From contig NW_002060943.1 of assembly GCF_000150275.1 (NCBI RefSeq), positions 5,290,008 through 5,354,007 on the forward strand: a stretch of 64,000 bases of DNA, read 5' to 3'. Source of the stretch: Trichoplax adhaerens (taxonomy: Eukaryota > Animalia > Placozoa). The first letter of the stretch is position 1; every line of letters begins with the position of its first letter. The position numbers and the translations under genes were made by a program. The notes beneath the pieces were generated by a model. The model saw only the letters and a list, made by a program, of their open reading frames with translations, was not told where the DNA came from and ran no database searches. Positions 59,773 to 64,000 of the stretch are shown here, piece after piece.

Positions 59773-59930
59773 TTGATCCAGTGAAGGATGATCAAGTGTA
59801 TACTAGAACAATTATGATTGTACTTGGATGTGTTATTGCAGCAGTTTTCGGTAAAATTTTTACTGCAATATGTTGCAAAACTCGATCAAACAGAAGAGCT
59901 CCTGGATATGGAGGTTTGCGTCGCTATTAA
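59773..59930 (+). CDS. Candidate terminal exon or small ORF encoding one hydrophobic helix and a basic tail
   Basis: Acceptor tatcttgctttag| followed by an open frame DPVKDDQVYTRTIMIVLGCVIAAVFGKIFTAICCKTRSNRRAPGYGGLRRY*. No upstream coding exon was identified. Confidence 0.35.
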
Positions 59931-62919
59931 AAGAAAGAGTTAGAATGATTTAAATAATCTCGTGTATTACTATAAGTTAATCATAGCACTTAGATTAGTT
60001 ACTCTTACTTTTAATATAAGACAATTCCATTTCTCTTTCTAGCTTCTGAAGATTTCAATCAGCAATTGGATAGCCGATATATAAATAGTGACTACATACG
60101 AACTAGCAAAGTTGCCCTTAGTTACAATGAAGTCACTCATTTAAATTGCATTGGAAATAGTGAAATTTAGCACTTGGTATACATTCGCTATCAGCACTCA
60201 TATTTAACCTCGTTGTACGAGTTATCCTTAATTAAAGCGTTATAAGATTAATATTGCTAGTGTATTTTGATAAATTAAAATTAGTGCATCATGCAAAATT
60301 GTTATAGACCAGATTAGATAGACGCATTTTCCCTAGATGCTAAAGAATGATTCATGACTACAACCAGCATGCTTAATAGGCTTAATCTCTATCTAGCTGT
60401 GTATCCGATAAATCAATCTGTTGATGATTAAGATTATTTCTTGTCCAGATTGGAATCGTTCCTATTATTCGTAAGAATATGCCCAATTAATTGATCAGAT
60501 CAACTGTGGCCATGCATAAGTTTATTCTCTATTTAATCTTGACATAAGGTAAATTAATTGTTCACCTAGGATAAAGCCAAATGGACTCTTCATCTCCGTT
60601 ATTAACAAGCCGATTCAATTAAAATCTTCTCAAGTTAAATGATAATTATATCATAATGAGGATAAGTAATAATTTTTAATGTACGCAGTAGTATCTGTTG
60701 ATAATACCGGTGTTTCTAAATTTGTTCAATAAATATATAACTTATTTTCCTAATTAAATTGTCGATCCTATGAATGTGAGTATTATTCCATTCTTGTCTA
60801 TACTAAATACATACTTATACGCGTATGAAGCTATTTATTATAATTGAATAAATAAAGATGAATCCATGATGAAGACTTTGTTCTCATTTTTTTGCGGAAA
60901 AGCTTAATAATTCAACACTTCCATCTACATTTACAGCTAATATCATGAATGACAACACGAAAATGCTATTATCAGTGGCGATTGTAAGGATCAAGCTTGT
61001 GTTGCCAGGCGATAATGAAAAGTTTGTATACACATACACATTAACTTTTTAGTCTACTAGTACCGTACCTGTTCTATAAACGGGGAAAATACGCAAATAC
61101 ATGTGTACGATTTATTTTTGTACCTTGATAATTATAAGATATTTAAAACGTTCTTTCGTTTTATTTAAGTACCGAGTCAATCATATACTACTATCACCAC
61201 GGCCTTTTGCCTAACGTATTTAAACCTTTAAATCTGTGGTTAAAAGTGATATAGCTGCTGTCTGCACTCTTGCATTTCGAAAATAAAAGGAATTAGTAAA
61301 AAGTTTACATTATTATAGTTATAAGCTAAGTTTACACTTAATTACTGCATATTTGCCATATTCATAATACTGAATGTCAACATCTTTATGTGTTGGTTAT
61401 ACTTTATTGAGATATTCTTGAAATAACGGTAAATAACGAACTGGATAAATTATAAAAATTGTATGCCCTGACAGTAACTCTTTCATTCTAGCATGCATTC
61501 ACAAGTACAAGATAATAAAATTATGGTAATTATGTATTAAAGATTTTCCTCGTTCATCAAGTAAAACGTGTACGGTATTTTGCATACTTTCATAATATTA
61601 TCAGTCGTAATTTATGTTTAGGTAAGAACATTATACTGTAGATTAGCTGCTTTTCTATATAAAATTGCGTTCATCATTTCAGGTAGGAGAGATGTGTATT
61701 TGCCATTGGCTCCTGATGCTTCAGTTTTTTGAGCTGTACTCTAAGTAAATGTTGAAGAGGACAACCTGATAGCCCGATAGTGTATACTGTAGCTAATTGC
61801 CACAAACTTAGGTCTATAGTATGGCTGCTAAATCTAAATCTATAGATTCATTAAACCCCCATTGCCATAGCAGTATATACTGTATAGTATTTCGTAATAT
61901 CTTGTTCATTACAGTCATGTAGTGATATAAGCTATATGCATAAGTGCTACGAACTTAACTTAAGAGCTTCAATATACTTCTAGAAATGAGCCGAACTACA
62001 CTACAAAAATTTATATTAGGAATTTATTTATCAACCATCATTAATGTGAACAAGCTAATAGGTAATTACGTGTTTTACTACTACAATTAAAATTATAATT
62101 AATTATCATTGGGACTAGCCTAATACTGGGATATTAATTAAGTGTAATTAAGTATCAGCAGTAGATTAAGAATGCAGTACAGTAATGGCTCAAAAGTAGG
62201 CTGTGGGGTGGTTTATATCAATTATAACCAAATATGATGCAAAGTTTTGGCTCCATGAATTGATATAGTAATCATTTTAAACGTTATATAGGAGTTTACG
62301 TAATAATAACTCAAGAATGAGCCATTAGCTTAAGAGGAGAATTAGACAATCCAAGAATTTATGAATAGTTATACTCTAGGCTTTGTTATAAGTGAAGTTT
62401 CTTCGAACTTATTCTGTTGCTAGTAGATAGATTATGCCATAACTTATGAATAGCTTTACACTCAGATAGGACGAGTAGATGATTGCGATTAGTTAACGCT
62501 TGCAATCTACTGCTTGATCGTATGATCCGTTTGAAGAATTTGCTTAATGATAGCCTAGTAATGAAAGAAACGACTTTAAGCTAATATTAAAAGCGTTCAG
62601 ACTACCCATACTAGAGTCCTAAAATCATGTTCTGCTTCACAGTATAACGAAAAGTCTCCCTGTAATGATGATTACATTGGTAAGGCTCTATAAATATAGC
62701 TAATCTATTTTTTCTGACATGAAGATGTAATACCATGATTTAATATAGCTCATAGGCATACATCTATCATGGTATTTCCATTTCAATAGTATCTTCTATC
62801 CAGCTAGGCATTCATTGCTCTATCTAATGGAGTTTTAGCATGGTTAGTTGTTTTTGCATGTCGGGAATCATGATTGTTGTATCGTCAAGTTTAATCAAGC
62901 TTACTGTTATTGTGATCTA

Positions 62920-63150
62920 CTGTAATAGGATGATTTATTACAGCATTAAAATAAGAAGTTCACGCTATGAGGTCTACTCTTATTAGGCCGATTTGATGTT
63001 GTCTAGGCTTCAAAATAACGTTAACAATATGCCATTTGGATATAAAGCTTGCTATTATAACAATGTGATAAGGAGATGATTTATTATAGCATTAAAATAA
63101 GAAGAAATTTATACCATGAGGTCTATTTTTATTCCGAAGACTTAAATGTT
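62920..63150. repeat. Two-copy ~150-bp duplication
   Basis: gatgattt(t)atta.agcattaaaataagaag...atgaggtcta occurs twice. Confidence 0.7.
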
Positions 63151-64000
63151 GTTTATCTTGTCGCTGTTTCGAGAGTAACGTAGATATTATATATTTAAAA
63201 AATGATGAATCATATAACTACGTTATTAATAGATTTTAGATTTATTCAGCGACTTATTGAATGTAAATTCCAATGAAATTACCTCTTGCCAGCAGGCAAC
63301 ATTCATGTGGTTTATGGATATTTGTCGGGATCAAGATAAATCAATAACTTATATCGCTCTTTATTAAAGAAATACTAAAATTACGCATAATTGCATGATT
63401 TTGGCTGTTTTTCTATCTGTAAAGATGATATTTTATGTAAAAAGATGTAATTATCTGACTGTATTATGGCATAAATTTAAATAAATGAGTATATGCCCAA
63501 TTAGAATATAGGGTTATAACGGAACAGTATAAAAAAGATCGACACGATTTTTGCTCTGCTCAATAATACTTGCAAGGAACAAATTGTCCAGTCTTTGATC
63601 GGATAACGAGTAAAAAGTAATTCCAAAATTATCGGCGCTTACTTTTGTAAATTATTTGTATCTTGCCTTAGGCTACAAATAGTAAAATTGTGTTATTTAT
63701 ATCTTTACTTTGTATTCAATTCCTACGGATATTTTAAGAATCGCTGCCTTACTCACTCATTAAAAAATAACGACGTGATGGAATGAGAACTTTACATCGT
63801 AATTAACAGAAATATGACAAGGATCCACTTCTGAATCTCTTAAGCTCATGCAAAACCTATTATGCTAGTATAAGTTTTTGGTAGAATACTCGCTTTCTAT
63901 TTTCCATGCCATTATAATTATCTGTTCTAACTAATCAGAGATTAATATTCGTAAAGTAAAGAATGGTTATTGCTAAAACTACTAGATGAATAATATACAA

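Noticed and set aside
60000-64000. Possible genes in the last 4 kb
   Set aside because: No ORF of 60 aa or more, and no exon chain that I could support.

Overview
AT-rich, intron-rich animal genomic DNA with short GT-AG introns and two 50-N assembly gaps. The style suggests an early-branching metazoan such as a placozoan (inference only). I built the gene models by hand from splice sites and reading-frame phase. In order: (1) GCN2/EIF2AK4 (minus strand, runs off the left end), head-to-head with (2) TMCO4/DUF726; (3) an intronless secreted class-2 lipase; (4,5) two divergently oriented, intron-containing paralogs of the bacterial-type AlkD DNA glycosylase; (6) a two-exon gene joining a CARD to a six-bladed Kelch propeller; (7,8) a tandem pair of large Rab GTPases related to RASEF/CRACR2A. 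One Rab has a long disordered region plus a PDZ domain; the other has a coiled coil but no visible EF-hands. Both share a rewired switch I (T-[IL]-D-x-G instead of T-[IL]-G-x-D-F) and DTVGQ. The rest is degenerate minisatellite arrays, a dispersed repeat, a MITE-like relic and a few orphan exon-like segments. The most novel-looking items are the PDZ-Rab and CARD-Kelch fusions, the altered Rab switch regions and the domesticated AlkD pair.
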